The position numbers were made by a program, and so were the translations under genes. From NCBI GenBank assembly GCA_964599625.1, contig CAZRGC010000004.1, positions 75,705-139,704 of the forward strand: a DNA stretch of 64,000 nucleotides, read 5' to 3'. Each line of letters begins with the position of its first letter. Within the stretch, counting starts at the first letter, position 1. The stretch comes from an uncultured Gammaproteobacteria bacterium (GTDB lineage Bacteria > Patescibacteriota > Microgenomatia > UBA8517). This document shows, piece after piece, positions 1 to 8,850 of the stretch. The notes below the pieces were generated by a model. The model was not told the DNA's origin. It made no database searches and was given only the letters and a program-made list of their open reading frames with translations.

Positions 1-34
1 TTTTGAAGTTTTCCTTAAAAATATTTTTAGGCAT
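1..34 (-). CDS. 5' fragment of a gene running off the left edge (MPKNIFKENFK...), probably SAM/methionine-related
   Basis: ATG at 34-32 lies in the 3' strand of riboswitch P1 and the frame is open to the edge; product inferred only from the riboswitch. Confidence 0.5.
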   Translation of the reverse strand, partial: MPKNIFKENFK

Positions 35-123
35 ATCGTTTTTAGCTTTGGCACCCTGAGCGAATGTCGAACGGGTTGTCGGCGGTTCTTTGGGCTAATT
101 CCCTCCCCGCACTCTTGATATAT
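31..123 (-). promoter_or_regulatory. SAM-I (S-box)-type riboswitch, compact form lacking P4
   Basis: Minus strand reads UAUAUC-AAGAG-UGCGG-GGAGGG-AAUUAG-CCC-AAAGAA-CCGC-CGACAACC...GGUGCCAA-AG-CUAA-AAAC-GAUAUG. This matches the SAM-I hallmarks AUCAAGAG, GGAGGG/GCCC kink-turn P2 and GCAACC/GGUGC P3, with an L2 pseudoknot (UUAG/CUAA) and P1 UAUAUC/GAUAUG. Confidence 0.87.
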
Positions 124-128
124 AAAAC

Positions 129-156
129 ATAATAAACTAAGTGATAATTCAATCAA
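129..156 (-). promoter_or_regulatory. sigma70-like promoter for the riboswitch leader
   Basis: TTGATT-N16-TATTAT ending about 6 nt upstream of P1. Confidence 0.5.
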
Positions 157-165
157 GTGGCAAAA

Positions 166-921
166 TTAACCCTGAAGTTTTTTGGGTTCCACATATGCGG
201 GGGCTGGTACGAACTGCGTTTCAAAACCCCTGACTGTGAGTCTGTCGTATGGAATTCCTTTGAGGGCGCCTTCTTTTTTTGAATACTCTGTCGTGTGAGG
301 AATGTTATTTGTCAAAAAACTTAGGCTTACTCCACTCATAACGGAAAAACGATGTATATAATCAAAAAGTGCCGGCTGCTCGTCTAAAGGTACTCTGTCT
401 ATTCCGGTTATGCAGAGTTTAACGCTTGATATGTCTTGCTTGTTGATAACCTTGCTGATTGACTGTACAGCCGACACCATTTTGTCCCAACTGTTTGCAT
501 CACCTGCTTGCCCAGCTGCGACCAGTTTCAAGCTTTGATCTACACTTCTTCTATCCAAAAAACCCAAAAGCTTTTTTTCTTTTGCTGATTTCACCAATTC
601 AACCGTCAATTCTTCAATAACTAGTGCGGCAAATAATTTATCATAATCGCTCCACCAATAGTCCCCTGGCTTGGTGTCTGTCCCGACCAGGGAGTCAAAT
701 TTATTGTTAAAAACATTTTCAGCCGTACCTACGTCATAGGAAAAGCATAATGTGTCTCTGCTAGATCTTTCTTTGAAGGCGGCAACAACGTCTTTTTGGT
801 CGGTTGGGTCGCACTGAAGTATAAGGTTGGCTCCGTAACCCAACCTAGTTAACAGATCCGCTCTGGCGTCTATGCGGGCTTGCCTATCGCCATTTCTATC
901 AGCAGTGGCAATCGAATCCAT
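166..921 (-). CDS. hypothetical protein (possibly degenerate P-loop NTPase-like)
   Basis: 251-aa ORF; TATAAT 6 nt before ATG; LCITGID weakly resembles a Walker B strand. Confidence 0.7.
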   Translation of the reverse strand: MDSIATADRNGDRQARIDARADLLTRLGYGANLILQCDPTDQKDVVAAFKERSSRDTLCFSYDVGTAENVFNNKFDSLVGTDTKPGDYWWSDYDKLFAALVIEELTVELVKSAKEKKLLGFLDRRSVDQSLKLVAAGQAGDANSWDKMVSAVQSISKVINKQDISSVKLCITGIDRVPLDEQPALFDYIHRFSVMSGVSLSFLTNNIPHTTEYSKKEGALKGIPYDRLTVRGFETQFVPAPAYVEPKKLQG

Positions 922-937
922 ATAACGATTATACTTT

Positions 938-1369
938 ATGCAACTTTATATGGAAAACGACACACGGATTGTTGCGGAAATTCCCTTGGAGAGAAGAGTA
1001 CTTACTGTTTGTGGAGCGGGGGCTCACAGGAGCCTTTATATGGCAGAAATTTTGCGAGAGCGTGGCTATGTGGCCAATAATCGCGGTGTTGTCAATAATT
1101 TTGCGGAAGAAAAGGATCTGGAAAACATTGGCATGATTGTGTTTGCTAGTAAAGCGATTAGGGATATTTTTGAAAAGAAAGAAAATCTTATGAAAATTGT
1201 ACATGAACGTAAAATTGAACTGTGTAATATTGAAGTTACCCAGGCGGATGATGACAAAGCTCAAAGGGAAAAGAACCTAGGGCCCATTAAAGAAAAAATA
1301 GCCTCACAACTTGACGGTATCGGCCTAACTATAGTAAAAGATTATGAATTAAATGGAGCGACGACGTGA
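938..1369 (+). CDS. low-molecular-weight protein-tyrosine-phosphatase-like protein
   Basis: N-terminal VLTVCGAGAHRS = CX5RS P-loop. Confidence 0.6.
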   Translation: MQLYMENDTRIVAEIPLERRVLTVCGAGAHRSLYMAEILRERGYVANNRGVVNNFAEEKDLENIGMIVFASKAIRDIFEKKENLMKIVHERKIELCNIEVTQADDDKAQREKNLGPIKEKIASQLDGIGLTIVKDYELNGATT

Positions 1370-1706
1370 GGGTTTTTATACAACTTCTTTTGAGAGGTTG
1401 ATTTCGGAAATGTCTTCTTTGGTTTCTGAAAAGCCTAACCAAGTTCATAGAATTAAAATCGAACGTTTTGGTGGTGAGCTGTTTGGTGATATGTATGTGT
1501 CCGGGAATGTTCAGGGCGACGTTGTAAAAATCCAGGTAGACGGGGTGCAGCCCAATGCACTTGGGAGTTTTTTTCTGGCTATGGCTCAGTCGTCAGGAGT
1601 GGTTCATCCCGGAGGAATTTACGAAATTCATCACAAACCAAAAGAGGAATGTAATTTGGGATTTGGGGACATTCCAGTCGATCAAAAAAATAAAACTGGT
1701 ATTTAA
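1353..1706 (+). CDS. hypothetical protein
   Basis: 117-aa ORF overlapping the upstream stop, followed by a hairpin. Confidence 0.6.
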   Translation: MERRREGFYTTSFERLISEMSSLVSEKPNQVHRIKIERFGGELFGDMYVSGNVQGDVVKIQVDGVQPNALGSFFLAMAQSSGVVHPGGIYEIHHKPKEECNLGFGDIPVDQKNKTGI

Positions 1707-1709
1707 AAA

Positions 1710-1749
1710 ATGGGGGCGTTTCCTTTTTTTTTGTAGAATTCACCCCCAT
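1710..1749. terminator. possible terminator hairpin between convergent genes
   Basis: ATGGGGG...CCCCCAT inverted repeat. Confidence 0.35.
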
Positions 1750-1752
1750 ACC

Positions 1753-2190
1753 TCATTTTAGAACTTGAAATCTTTGCAAGTTTTGAGTGATGTTGTCGAT
1801 CTGTGGATAAAGTATGTCGTATGGGTTCAATATATAGATTGCTCCAATTTCTGGAGATGGCCACAGTGGTGCCATACACATAGCGCGCAACTTTATATCT
1901 GGTCGTGCAACATTTTCAAACGTTCCCACGTCGTACCAATAACCATTCTGGTGAATTGCGTTTTTCTCCATTGAGATAAAGCGCCAAGATTCACCTGGAA
2001 GAGGTGTTTGGGTAGCAATCGGTGTCTGCGTGGCAAAGGCCTCAGCGGTTTGGGTGGAAAGCTCCAAGAAACTGTTTGGCTGTGCACCGCCTTCATCGTT
2101 ATTTCCAATAAAGCGGATACTCATGTATGCCAAAAAGGCTAAAAGCAATATTCCCAGAACCGAAAGCATCAAAACCCGTTTTTTTTGCAT
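1753..2190 (-). CDS. membrane-anchored hypothetical protein
   Basis: N-terminal TM helix, TQTP linker, AGGAG Shine-Dalgarno upstream. Confidence 0.75.
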   Translation of the reverse strand: MQKKRVLMLSVLGILLLAFLAYMSIRFIGNNDEGGAQPNSFLELSTQTAEAFATQTPIATQTPLPGESWRFISMEKNAIHQNGYWYDVGTFENVARPDIKLRAMCMAPLWPSPEIGAIYILNPYDILYPQIDNITQNLQRFQVLK

Positions 2191-2278
2191 TTCTTGCTCC
2201 TTTGGCTTGGAATGTGCGAAAAACTAGTTTGAATTATACTCTTTTGTTTTTTTTGGGTTTTGGTATTAAAATCGGGTT

Positions 2279-2794
2279 GTGAAGGATAAAAGCCAGGAAG
2301 GCAAAAAAATCCGCGAAACAATTCTCCGGGGCTCCCCCCTTTTGGAGGTCTTCCTTACGGGCAATGTAGGCAACAAAAGCGATTGGGTGGATGACATGAC
2401 CGAACCCTTTACGGAGCTACACAACAAATTTGTAAATTACTACGGCTCATCTTTCGATGATATGCTTACCCCACTCAGGGAAATTGGAGACGGTTTTGGG
2501 CTTTTTGACGATGCTTATCCCGACAAAGCAAAGGTTTTGATTCTTAACGCTGTTGTAATAATGGGGATGGAAATAAGGGACAAGGCGGTTTGTCATATGT
2601 TTACGGAAGATATAGTTAAGCGCCTGATCGAAATCAGAAGTTTTGACGCGGAGGTCTACAAAAGTCCAGAAAAAAGAAAAATTGCAGCAAGTTTTATTAA
2701 GGGTGTTTTGTGGGCGGGAATTGCTTGGGCCAACGAAATGGAAAGAGATGATCCGGATGAGTTCTCCAAATTCATAACAAGGTTAGACATTTAA
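2279..2794 (+). CDS. hypothetical protein
   Basis: 171-aa ORF with natural composition, no competing long ORF. Confidence 0.7.
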   Translation: MKDKSQEGKKIRETILRGSPLLEVFLTGNVGNKSDWVDDMTEPFTELHNKFVNYYGSSFDDMLTPLREIGDGFGLFDDAYPDKAKVLILNAVVIMGMEIRDKAVCHMFTEDIVKRLIEIRSFDAEVYKSPEKRKIAASFIKGVLWAGIAWANEMERDDPDEFSKFITRLDI

Positions 2795-2866
2795 TATATT
2801 CAATATTTCGAATAATTGAATAATTGGATTATTCTGATAATATAAATTTAAAGGCGGTGATTTTAT

Positions 2867-3238
2867 ATGAAGGGGTTCAAAGTAAATATTGAAAAAATAA
2901 CTTTGGGAAACAGTTTTTTTCGCAATGTTATTTTTACCGCGCCACACTCACAATTGGTGCTAATGTGCCTAAAGCCAAACCAAGAAATAGGTTTGGAAAC
3001 ACATAGCCAAAATGACCAGTTTTTCCGTTTTGAAGCGGGCCGTGGAAAAGTTGTTGTAGAAGATGAAGAATTTTTGGTTGAAGAAGGTGACTGTGTAATC
3101 GTACCCGCAGATACAAGACATAATGTCATTAATTTGGACAACGAATACGACCTCAAGTTCTACACGCTATATTCGCCGTCGCACCATCCGGACAAAACAG
3201 TTCACAGAACCAAAGAGGAAGCACTAGCCGCCGAATGA
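2867..3238 (+). CDS. cupin domain protein (mannose-6-phosphate isomerase-like)
   Basis: EIGLETH...DQFFRFEAGRG...VPADTRHNVIN cupin motifs. Confidence 0.9.
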   Translation: MKGFKVNIEKITLGNSFFRNVIFTAPHSQLVLMCLKPNQEIGLETHSQNDQFFRFEAGRGKVVVEDEEFLVEEGDCVIVPADTRHNVINLDNEYDLKFYTLYSPSHHPDKTVHRTKEEALAAE

Positions 3239-3505
3239 AGTGATTTTGTCGAAAATGACCCGAGTCATTTCGACAGTCCACTCCTTACGTGTTTCTGAGA
3301 CAGCTTCTTTGTTCACCGAAATTGTATTAGTGGATGTTTCGTACAAGTTAAAAAGTTCGTCGACTTTATTGAGTATCGAAGACTCGTTGAAATTTGCAAC
3401 AAGAGTTGCAGTCTCCGGGTCCGAAAGTGCGCTAGATAGAGTGTGTTGTGGTATGTCCAGCAAACACACTTCCACATACTCATTTGCCTCCAATTCTTTG
3501 GTCAT
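3224..3505 (-). CDS. hypothetical protein
   Basis: 93-aa ORF; TATAAT 7 nt before ATG. Confidence 0.55.
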   Translation of the reverse strand: MTKELEANEYVEVCLLDIPQHTLSSALSDPETATLVANFNESSILNKVDELFNLYETSTNTISVNKEAVSETRKEWTVEMTRVIFDKITSFGG

Positions 3506-3546
3506 TTACGGGATTATACACCTAAAAAAAGTTGTATAATGCCATA

Positions 3547-4065
3547 ATGATCACTCTTCTTTTGCCAGGTTATTCTCCAGAAAACAAATCTTGGTTGGAA
3601 GACGCCGCCATAAACGTAGCCGGGGACGGAGAAACCAGGCCTATTTATTGGAATCACTGGACCGATATTCATAAAAAGTTTGATGCCAAAGACAAAGCCA
3701 TAGATACAACAGATGTGCTTTTGGATGACTTTGCAAACGTGGTTGCCAAGTCAGTTGGGGTACTTGTATTGTCATACATGATCACAGCAACTCCGGAGAA
3801 GATAAAAAAAGTTGTTTTGTGCGGAATTCCATTAAACGATTTAAGCGACCAAGACAAAGAGGTGATCAAGAAAGCTTTGTCGGGTTTTCCCAAGAATAAC
3901 TTAATGGTTATTCACAACGACAAAGATCCCCATGCGAGCCTGGAAGATGTCCTTAAGTTTGTTGCGGAAATAAGTCCGGAAATTTCGGTGGTAACCAAGG
4001 AGGCCGATAATCACGAATACAAATATTTTGAGGATATAAATAAGTTTTTCGAGGCAAAAAATTAG
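3547..4065 (+). CDS. alpha/beta hydrolase-fold protein
   Basis: LLPGYS, AKSVG nucleophile elbow, NDKDP, terminal NHEY; ATG 3547 lies 6 nt after TATAAT. Confidence 0.75.
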   Translation: MITLLLPGYSPENKSWLEDAAINVAGDGETRPIYWNHWTDIHKKFDAKDKAIDTTDVLLDDFANVVAKSVGVLVLSYMITATPEKIKKVVLCGIPLNDLSDQDKEVIKKALSGFPKNNLMVIHNDKDPHASLEDVLKFVAEISPEISVVTKEADNHEYKYFEDINKFFEAKN

Positions 4066-4101
4066 AGGGAACCTAAATTTAACTTCGGGCTCCCCCTATT
4101 C

Positions 4102-4839
4102 TTATTCAACAACCACAACTGGCGTACCTACACTTGCCCATCCAAAGAGCCACTCAGCATCCTTAACGCTGAAATTTACACACCCATGACTCATAGGAAC
4201 CCCAAAGTTGTCATGCCAGAACGTACCATGAAGGCCATAACCCTGAAAAAAATACATAACGTATGGAACGTCACGAATGTAGTAACCGGGCCCGCTCATG
4301 TCGTCAAATCTGTACTTGACGTATATTTGATACCGACCTGTAACTGTTGGATGCTCGGTGGTGCCAGTGGAAACAACAAACTGCCTGATAATTTTTCCGT
4401 TTTCCACGGCGTAGGCTTTTTGTTCCGACAAAATTACGTACACTTCCCTGCCATCCGTTTTGGGCGGCCAAGGTGGAATTGTCAGAATTTGGCCTTGGTA
4501 GACAAGGTCGGGATTTCCCAGATTGTTTTGATCAGCCAGGTATCCCCATGGAATCCCAAATCGATCGGCAATTGCAATCACAGTGTCTCCTTCTTTTACC
4601 TCGTATTCAGCAGGGAAAGTTGGAGTTGGACTAGGCGTCGGCGTGACCACTCTGGGTGTATTTGTAGGGACAAGTGTTTTGGTGGTTGTCGCAGTTGGAA
4701 CTAAAGTTCTTGTTGGCGATGCTGTCACCGTGACCTCTATTGGTACAAAGGCAGCGGTTTGTGGCAAAAGGCACATCAAGAGAACCAAAAGAACCGCATA
4801 TAGAATTCTTTTCACTGCAAACCTCGTGTGAACGTACAA
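4102..4839 (-). CDS. LysM + L,D-transpeptidase (ErfK/YbiS/YkuD family)
   Basis: YEVKEGDT...GQILTIP LysM; GLHG...SHGCVN catalytic motif; Thr/Pro linker. Confidence 0.93.
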   Translation of the reverse strand: MYVHTRFAVKRILYAVLLVLLMCLLPQTAAFVPIEVTVTASPTRTLVPTATTTKTLVPTNTPRVVTPTPSPTPTFPAEYEVKEGDTVIAIADRFGIPWGYLADQNNLGNPDLVYQGQILTIPPWPPKTDGREVYVILSEQKAYAVENGKIIRQFVVSTGTTEHPTVTGRYQIYVKYRFDDMSGPGYYIRDVPYVMYFFQGYGLHGTFWHDNFGVPMSHGCVNFSVKDAEWLFGWASVGTPVVVVE

Positions 4840-4907
4840 AAACTAAAATACTAGAGGATATTTTACACCATACAATCTAAATTTGCATGGAGCTGAAGGA
4901 GATTTGG

Positions 4908-5681
4908 CTAGCGAACTTCGTATGTAAGACTTACACTCAAATTGATTTCAGTTTGCCCGGGAGCCACACTTGCCTCAGGTGTGGTTGCATTGCCTGCTGC
5001 CTTGTCTACTGCCATCATTGTTTCGTATGGCACTGGGCGGCCGTATGACTGATTTTCGGAAACATTAATGACCTTACCCAAAGAAATCCCTGCTGCTCCT
5101 GCTAGTCCTTCGGCTTTGGCCTTTGCATCCTCAACAGCCAATTTTCTTGCTTCGTTCATTTTTTCTTTTTCTGTCTTGTCGTTAACGTCAAAACTAATTC
5201 CCCCAACCACGTTTGCACCGGCCGCGATCGCCTTGGTCAAAGCATCGTTCACTTTGTCAAAATCTCTAATTTTCACCTGATAGCTTATGGATACCTGAAA
5301 TCCGGTGATTCTTGAGGTGGAATCGTTGTAATCATAGTTGGGGTAAACATTGTATGAAGTTGTTTTTATGTCGTCTTCCGAAATTCCAAGATTTTTAAGT
5401 GAGTCTGTAAGTGCCTTCGATTTTGCATTTACTGATGCCTCAACGGTTTTTAGGGAAGGCCCGTCACCTTGGATGCCCAGATTGATAACCGCCATGTCAG
5501 GAGTTACAAACACTTTACCATTACCAGACACTACAAACGGTTCACCTTTGGCTTGGGAAGTTACCGAAAAAGGAATTGCCGGTCCCCATTTTGCGAAGAT
5601 AAACAAAAAAACAAAAAATAGAACCACCCACCCACCCTGATGGTGTTTGGGGCCTGAAAATTTTTCTTTGATTTCTTCCAT
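4908..5681 (-). CDS. SIMPL (DUF541) domain protein
   Basis: VSGNGKVFVTPDMA, DIKTTSY, AGANVVGGISF, AVEDAKAKA motifs. Confidence 0.9.
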   Translation of the reverse strand: MEEIKEKFSGPKHHQGGWVVLFFVFLFIFAKWGPAIPFSVTSQAKGEPFVVSGNGKVFVTPDMAVINLGIQGDGPSLKTVEASVNAKSKALTDSLKNLGISEDDIKTTSYNVYPNYDYNDSTSRITGFQVSISYQVKIRDFDKVNDALTKAIAAGANVVGGISFDVNDKTEKEKMNEARKLAVEDAKAKAEGLAGAAGISLGKVINVSENQSYGRPVPYETMMAVDKAAGNATTPEASVAPGQTEINLSVSLTYEVR

Positions 5682-5699
5682 TAGTTAATACTAAACAAA

Positions 5700-8333
5700 T
5701 CAAACTTCTTCTGCAACTTCACCCGTATCTTCGTCTTCATCGTCACCCTTTTCCAGGCATGCGGCTGCTGCAACCGAGTCGTTTTTGTCAGCAAACCTCA
5801 TAAGGATTACTCCTTGTGTTGCACGTCCCAACTGAGGAATGTTTCTTAGAGGCAGCTTGATCACCTGCCCTGATTTGCTTGTAATAACAACCTGTTCAAT
5901 TTTCTCTGTTACCATTACAGCAGTTCTTAAATCCCCAGTTTTTTCACTAAGCACAGATGCTTTTACGCCTTTACCTGCTCTTTTTTGGAGTGGGAAATTA
6001 TTTACATCGGTCCTTTTCCCAAGTCCGTGTTCGGAAATTGTAAGAATGTCGCGGAAAAACTTCTTTCTTTTGTCTGTTGGTCTTACTTCTTTTGCAGGAA
6101 ACACTTCCATTCCGATAAGTTCATCGCCCTCGCCAAGTTTGATCCCGGTTACTCCGCTTGTTGCGCGTCCCATTGGTCTGGCGTCTGTTTCGGGGAATTT
6201 AATAGACTGACCTTTTCTGGTCAAAAGCAGTACATGGTCTTCCCCGCTTGTGGAGTGAACCGATACCAAGTTGTCTGTGTCCTGAAGCCTTATTGCTATA
6301 AGACCCGACGCTCTTAAGTTTCTGAACTCCTCTGTTGCCGTTTTCTTGATATGGCCATGTTGTGTGGCCATAATAATATTTTTGGATTCCTTAAGAAGCG
6401 GAAGAACTGATCTGGTTTCTTCACCTTGCTCCAAGTTTAAAAGATTAACGAGCGCTTGTCCTTTTGCCTGGCGGGATGATTCCGGAATATCCCATGCTTT
6501 TGTGCCGAAAACACGGCCTTTATTGGTGAAGAATAAAATTGTGTCGTGAGTTGTTGCGGATAACAAATGTTCAATTTCATCTTCTTCTTTTGTTGTCATT
6601 CCTATCACACCCTTACCACCTCTTCTTTGAGATCTGTATGTGTTTACCGGAAGTCTTTTGATATAACCGGTCTTGGTTACCATCAAAAGAGTGTCCTCTT
6701 TTGGAACTAAGTCTTCTTCTGATATCTCCCCCAAAGCGTGTTTGTAAATCTTTGTTTTTCTTGTATCGCCATATTTTTCTCTGAGTTCTGTGATCTCTTT
6801 TACTATGATTTTTAAGACACTGTTGGGGTCTTTGAGGATAGCTGTAAGTTCGTCTATAAGCTTTTTGATCTCCTGGTATTCTTTTTCTATTTTCTCGCGC
6901 TCAAGCGCCGCCAATCTTCTAAGCTGCATATCCAAAATTGCAGTTGATTGAATAACAGAAAGCCCAAATCTTTGGATAAGGTTATTTTTGGCGTCTTCTT
7001 GGGTTCTACTTTCCCTAATGGTTTTGATAACAGCATCCAAATTATCAAGCGCAATCTTAAGTCCTTCCAAGATGTGAGCTCTCTTTTTGGCTTCTGTAAG
7101 TTCAAAAATAGTGCGTCGCACAATAACTTTTTGTCTGTGCTTAACGTACTCCACCAAAATTTGTTTAAGATTTAATGTATGTGGCGTTCCTTCTACAAGT
7201 GCAACAAAGTTTGCCGGGAATGTGGTTTGAAGTCTTGTGTGTTTGAACAAGTTGTTTAGAACAGATTTTGGTTTGGCATCACGCTTAAGTTCCACCACAA
7301 CTCTCATACCATCTTTGTCGGATTCGTCTCTGAGGTCAGAAATACCGACAATCTTTTTGTCCTTAACAAGCTCGGCAATTTTGGCCACCATTTCGGCTTT
7401 ATTCACTTGATATGGAATTTCGGTAATTATAATTTGGCTTTTCCCTTTGCTGCCGTCTGTAATTTCAGCGATTCCGCGTACGGAGATTTTTCCGCGTCCT
7501 GTAGAATAAACTTCTTTCAAAGAATTAGCGTCATAAATGGCTCCTCCTGTTGGAAAATCAGGACCGGGAACTATATTTGTAAGTTCGTCTATTGTTATTT
7601 CGCTTTCAAAAGAAACAGCTGTGGGGTTAACTTCTTCTTCGGTTAAACCCTTGGACTCACCTGCTGCCACAAGGTTAATTTTCTTGATGACAAAATCGGT
7701 TTGTTCCAAGTGTTTTTCTTCTTCGGTTACAACCTTGCCTGCCTTAATAGTTGCGATAACTGCATCCACAACTTCGGTTAAATTGTGCGGAGGAATTTTT
7801 GTGGCCATACCAACCGCAATACCTTCACTGCCCATCAAAAGCAGATTTGGCAGAAGTGCCGGCATGTATATTGGCTCTTTTAGAGTTGCATCAAAATTGT
7901 CCAGATAGTCGACTGTGTCCTTTTCGATGTCCAAAAGCATGAAATCTGCAATTGCTGCAAGTTTTACTTCTGTATAACGCATGGCCGCAGGCGGGTCGCC
8001 GTCCACTGAGCCAAAGTTACCTTGGCCTTTAACCAAGGGATATCTCATAGAAAAGTCTTGAGCCATACGCACCATCGCGTCGTAAACCGCCATGTCACCA
8101 TGAGGATGATACTTACCCAAAACTTCTCCGACTATTTTTGCTGATTTACTAAATGATCCGTTGGCGTGAAGCCCCATTAAATGCATTGCGTAAAGGATTC
8201 TGCGGTGTACTGGTTTGAGTCCGTCGCGTACGTCGGGAAGTGCACGGGCAACTATAACGCTCATTGCGTAATCCAAATAGGACTTAGAAAGTTCTGAAGT
8301 TATCTCTGTTGGTGTTACTCGTCCAATATCCAT
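5700..8333 (-). CDS. gyrA: DNA gyrase subunit A
   Basis: [35 protein letters not shown] catalytic Tyr, GyrA box QRRGGKG. Confidence 0.98.
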   Translation of the reverse strand: MDIGRVTPTEITSELSKSYLDYAMSVIVARALPDVRDGLKPVHRRILYAMHLMGLHANGSFSKSAKIVGEVLGKYHPHGDMAVYDAMVRMAQDFSMRYPLVKGQGNFGSVDGDPPAAMRYTEVKLAAIADFMLLDIEKDTVDYLDNFDATLKEPIYMPALLPNLLLMGSEGIAVGMATKIPPHNLTEVVDAVIATIKAGKVVTEEEKHLEQTDFVIKKINLVAAGESKGLTEEEVNPTAVSFESEITIDELTNIVPGPDFPTGGAIYDANSLKEVYSTGRGKISVRGIAEITDGSKGKSQIIITEIPYQVNKAEMVAKIAELVKDKKIVGISDLRDESDKDGMRVVVELKRDAKPKSVLNNLFKHTRLQTTFPANFVALVEGTPHTLNLKQILVEYVKHRQKVIVRRTIFELTEAKKRAHILEGLKIALDNLDAVIKTIRESRTQEDAKNNLIQRFGLSVIQSTAILDMQLRRLAALEREKIEKEYQEIKKLIDELTAILKDPNSVLKIIVKEITELREKYGDTRKTKIYKHALGEISEEDLVPKEDTLLMVTKTGYIKRLPVNTYRSQRRGGKGVIGMTTKEEDEIEHLLSATTHDTILFFTNKGRVFGTKAWDIPESSRQAKGQALVNLLNLEQGEETRSVLPLLKESKNIIMATQHGHIKKTATEEFRNLRASGLIAIRLQDTDNLVSVHSTSGEDHVLLLTRKGQSIKFPETDARPMGRATSGVTGIKLGEGDELIGMEVFPAKEVRPTDKRKKFFRDILTISEHGLGKRTDVNNFPLQKRAGKGVKASVLSEKTGDLRTAVMVTEKIEQVVITSKSGQVIKLPLRNIPQLGRATQGVILMRFADKNDSVAAAACLEKGDDEDEDTGEVAEEV

Positions 8334-8339
8334 GCCTGT

Positions 8340-8367
8340 AAATAAAAATAAAGGCTATTTAAGCCCA
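8340..8367 (-). terminator. intrinsic terminator just before the gyrA ATG
   Basis: GGGCU-UAAAU-AGCCU followed by UUAUUUUUAUUU. Confidence 0.55.
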
Positions 8368-8785
8368 AAATGATTGTAATGTGGGAATACTGAATACGCA
8401 AGCACTTAAAGAAGTCGAACTGTCGGGGTTTTTGGTGGTAGTGCGGGTCGGACAGGTTTCTAAATCTAGACAAATATGGTTAATTTGTTTTCGACTGAAC
8501 CTGCCGACCCGACTTTTAAGAATGTGGGTTGACCAGTACCCGAATATATCCTCAGCCGATGCTTTGGATGGCTTTGAGTCTGCGCAGACATCAAAGTCCT
8601 TTGGTGCGGGTCCAACCGTGATATACAAGGAGAATGGCGCTGGGATATGTCCCGTTTTCCAATTTCCTCTGCTATTCCCAAATGTAGGAACGCAATCACA
8701 GTCCGCTATTAAATGTTCGGGGCATGCCTCCCGTAACACCGAGGTAGAGTTTTGAACCTCTTCCAGCCAAACAAACAGCTAGGAT
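8340..8785 (-). ncRNA. putative large structured RNA / gyrA leader of unknown family (~450 nt)
   Basis: Consensus promoter upstream, multiple nested helices including long-range closure, hairpin + U-tract at the 3' end. Confidence 0.7.
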
Positions 8786-8791
8786 ACGAGT

Positions 8792-8819
8792 ATTATAACA
8801 GATTATAGGACAATGTCAA
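8792..8819 (-). promoter_or_regulatory. strong sigma70 promoter
   Basis: TTGACA (8819-8814)-N16-TATAAT (8797-8792) with extended -10 TGn. Confidence 0.85.
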
Positions 8820-8850
8820 TATTATAGGGCCGGCCCCTTAAGCCCCGAAT

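Noticed and set aside
50-80. Stand-alone REP element
   Set aside because: It lies within P3 of the SAM-I-like riboswitch, so it is reported there
1753-4839. Host-derived (Chloroflexi-like) origin of the TPT-linker proteins
   Set aside because: Based only on stylistic impression and one SD motif; cannot be supported without phylogeny
7600-7745. Intein in GyrA
   Set aside because: Too short, no C/S...HN splice motifs, and not at the catalytic-Tyr site
8359-8755. ORFs 8359-8739 (-), 8381-8755 (+) and 8466-8699 (-) as proteins
   Set aside because: No recognisable motifs, non-ATG starts and mutual overlap; the dense nested base-pairing is better explained by an RNA. A coding role is not formally excluded.
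8340-8785. Identity as RNase P RNA, tmRNA, SRP, T-box or tRNA
   Set aside because: GAGGAAA is not followed by GUCC and there is no CGGCUUA; no GGGG...CCA ends or tag ORF; the GUUCGA/GUUCAA words lack tRNA T-stems; no T-box UGGNACC context
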